A program made the translations under genes and the position numbers. A DNA stretch of 48,330 nucleotides from contig NIVC01004368.1 in NCBI GenBank assembly GCA_002269645.1, positions 1 through 48,330 of the forward strand, read 5' to 3'. Of the stretch, positions 45,541-48,330 are shown in pieces. This DNA is from Macrostomum lignano. Taxonomy: Eukaryota. Under the pieces are notes generated by a model. That model ran no database searches. It was not told the origin of the DNA and saw only the letters and a program-made list of their open reading frames with translations. Numbering within the stretch: position 1 is the first letter of the stretch; the number at the start of each line of letters is the position of its first letter.

Positions 45541-47841
45541 AAACCTTGAGCAGGCTGGATTACTATTGTGAAGTTTCGAAGGATCAGAGGGTTGGATAGA
45601 GGAGCTTTGAGGGGCTGCATGTGGCCGGCAGACAGGGTCAGGGAGAGAGCTACTGGGAATACCTGGCTAAGCGTCGTGATTGGCCACGAGCGAATCCATC
45701 CACTATTCATTAAACCTCATTAAACTTCAAATGCTGAAATTGCTTGCGTGAACTCTTCAGAAAACCGCTTTGAACCACGGTCAACCCGAAATCATGCACC
45801 AGAGGTACAAATACAAGCCAAAAACCTAAGCTGATGTCTCAGACTCGGGGCAGTCGCAGAGGAGACTGAAGCAAGGACTACTAGACTTGCAAGCAAGGAA
45901 CTGCCGTGGTCCTTAAATTGGACTAAAGAAAGAAGAAGAAAGAGGCAACTTGCATGGGACCACATCTCTGAGAGAAGAGAGAATTAGATAATACGCTCGT
46001 ACCGTTTGGTAAGCGTTGCTAGTCTCTTCGCTATTTGATTGGCGAGAACAGATTAAATGTCAATTAGATTGAGAGAAATTGATTTCTGTTGATTTTATTG
46101 AGTTGAAGGCCTCCTCATTCCAAACAACATCAACAAAAATACGTTGTCAACCAGTCAAGCGTGAGACAACGTCACAGGGCGTGTTTTCAGGGCCTGGGCG
46201 CGAACTAGAATTTTTAACGTTCTCATAGTGAAAAACGGCTGAAAACATCATCCTCTTCTGATTATTGAAATTTAAATTTACAATTAAATGTGTACGAACT
46301 CTGACAAGCCGTGTGAGTTTGTTTCGGATCGACCAATAGCAAAATCCTAATTACGAGTCAATGCCGATGCGTGTTATTTAAATATTAGTCAATATGGGTG
46401 GTTGGCGCGTGCATGGCTAGAGGGTTGAATGTACGCCGATATAGAATGACAGAGATATAGAAGGCCAGCCCGCAATGCACACAAATACTCAATAGCTAGT
46501 AAATACAGCACTGAGAGCTGCTAAGGGGCAAGCCTACAACATGTATATAAAGTATACCTTTCGAATTTTTTTTATTAGAGGCAGGGGGTTGTGTGCACCC
46601 TGGCCTTTCGAAAGTCATCAGTAAATTTTTCAGTCTGTACTACTTGCACTAGCGTTCAAAAAAGAGCAAGCAGTCGAATAAGTACGAGCGTATTAGATAT
46701 TAAATGAAAAAGTAAGAAAACTAAAGCTGCTCTGATGAGCCATCCCACTCAAACAAAAGTTTGAATGTTTCGGGAAAGTTCCATATATGTATATAGTCTC
46801 ATGAGTTAAAAATTTTTTTAATCCATCAAATTTTAGCAAGCGCTTCTGGGGCATGAACTGAAAAAGTTGACGCGACGGACGCGTCTAGCTATATGAGCTA
46901 TTGTAGTTTCTATATTTAGCGAGAGCATGCTTTGAGTAAAATGTTTGTAGTGATATTCTTGTAAGTAGTAGTATATGTTAATAACTGTGCGAGCTCTACA
47001 AGAGTCTGTAACTTGTTACTAACATATACGAGCTAATTTCTTGCTGGTTTCACTATCGGAAAATTAATACGTGTGTGACGATTTTATAGGCCTTTTCTTT
47101 TGCTAATGTTGATGAGTTGTGTAGCAGCAGGATGTACATGTACAGTATGAAGAATTGTAGTAAAATGAAGTATAGGCGAATTACAGGGAGCTGTCGAAAA
47201 TACTGTCGAAAATCTGCGAAATATTTAATATATTTATCTATTAAGTATTAGAGCCAACACAAAGCCAAGAGCGACGAGCGACAAACCAGACAAACAGCTT
47301 CAAGGAAATTCAAAACGTTTTTATAGTCATTTGAAATTTGAATATTAAGATTTAAACTAAGTAGTGAAAACTTTATCTGATTAATAGGTCCACGAGTACG
47401 TGCGCAAATACAATTAATGAGTAGCAGATTTAAATACCAATAATTTTGCAAACGATGTACAAGAACTCAAACCGTTACAGGTGCGTCAATCACAAGACTT
47501 ACTCGTACTGCGGTAATAAAATTAGCACCTGTTTAAATTTCCTATTTGCGAAAATTTAAAGAGCTTTAAGTCAAGTCAATTTCAAGCCAAACTGAAGCTC
47601 ACAGTGAGAATTTTATATATTTTATTTACACATTCGCTTATTATTAGTCCAATAAAAATTATTATATTGGAGCAACTTTAAACTTGCCTAATTTCATAGT
47701 AGATAAGCAAAATTAAAAGAAGAACGAAAATATCACTATATTTTGTGGTGTAAGACCAAGATGGCCACACACCAAGATGGCCACAGCTGGGGTGGGGGTC
47801 ACGGAAAATGGCAACGGGTTTTCTAAGCACTTAGATACAAA

Positions 47842-48330
47842 ATGGCAGGCGCATATTCATGTGTGGTCTGTCTGCAGCCAGTTTGCGATGGACAAGAAGC
47901 AATTGAGTGTTCTCAATGCTTGAATTGGCCGCACCGTGCATGTGATAGTCGCGTCACAATCGATCAGTATTCTGCAATGAGAAATGTCGGTGAGTTTTTT
48001 CTGGCTTTGCAATCAATGCAATAGACAGGCTCCTGCAGGTAACTTAGCAGTGTCTCAAGCTGCAGTGGTACATGTACAAGCCCCGAATTCTGGACCAGCG
48101 GCTGTTCCTCTGCCTGCTGAAAATCCAGAACCAGTGCATTTGATTCCGGCACAAGCAGAAAATTTTCTTTACCAGTATCCAGATTTCAATGACCCTGATC
48201 CAGCTCTGGAAGAATCCATTCAAATTCCTCCAGCAGAGCTTGCACTGCCCCGCAGCCCACCTCCGCAGCCCTTTGAGATTCTTACAGTTGCAGGATGCAG
48301 TCACGGAAAAGACCTTCTAGTGCAGTATGC
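47842..48330 (+). mobile_element. 5' part of a PHD-finger + FLYWCH-like ORF, probably a Mutator-like transposase; frameshift at the T6 run 47995-48000
   Basis: CVVC...AIECSQCLNWPHRAC; removing one T gives FWLCNQC and keeps the frame open to the window end. It finishes FEILTVAGCSHGKDLLVQY, which resembles a FLYWCH start. TIR-like ACCAAGATGGCC pairs lie ~90 bp upstream. No DDE domain is in the window. Confidence 0.6.

Noticed and set aside
47477-47532. Tiny Tc1-like element (ACAGGTGC...GCACCTGT)
   Set aside because: Only an 8-bp inverted match, and there is no TA duplication on the right.

Overview
Eukaryotic (invertebrate animal) genomic DNA with spliceosomal GT-AG introns. It is rich in minisatellites and DNA transposons. 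The overall style would fit a free-living flatworm such as Macrostomum, but that is a guess I cannot confirm. Minus-strand genes: an endosomal Na+/H+ exchanger (SLC9A6/7/9 type, at least 10 exons, 29905 to 6065, with a 15.6-kb first intron); an intronless RRM + RS-rich + Periphilin-C-terminal-domain gene (3896 to 2612) that is frameshifted in this assembly; the first exon of a secreted MANSC-domain gene (977 to 741); and a two-exon secreted fibrinogen-related gene (44853 to 42851). Plus-strand genes: a three-exon Ly6/uPAR (three-finger) gene (39407-40857) and the 5' end of a PHD-finger/FLYWCH-like ORF, probably a Mutator-like transposase (47842 to window end). The long NHE intron holds a ~6-kb direct tandem duplication of nested DNA transposons: a dead mariner, a hAT-type MITE, and TIR elements with 4-bp and 8-bp TSDs that I cannot assign to a superfamily. 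Positions 30-38 kb contain LINE relics, MITEs and a probable solo LTR. The most interesting items are the RRM-Periphilin fusion (a possible invertebrate HUSH-related protein), a satellite array inserted into the loop of a palindrome with a 7-bp duplication, and CC...GG-ended elements with 8-bp TSDs. Exon boundaries were derived by hand. Homology calls rest on recalled motifs, not on database searches.
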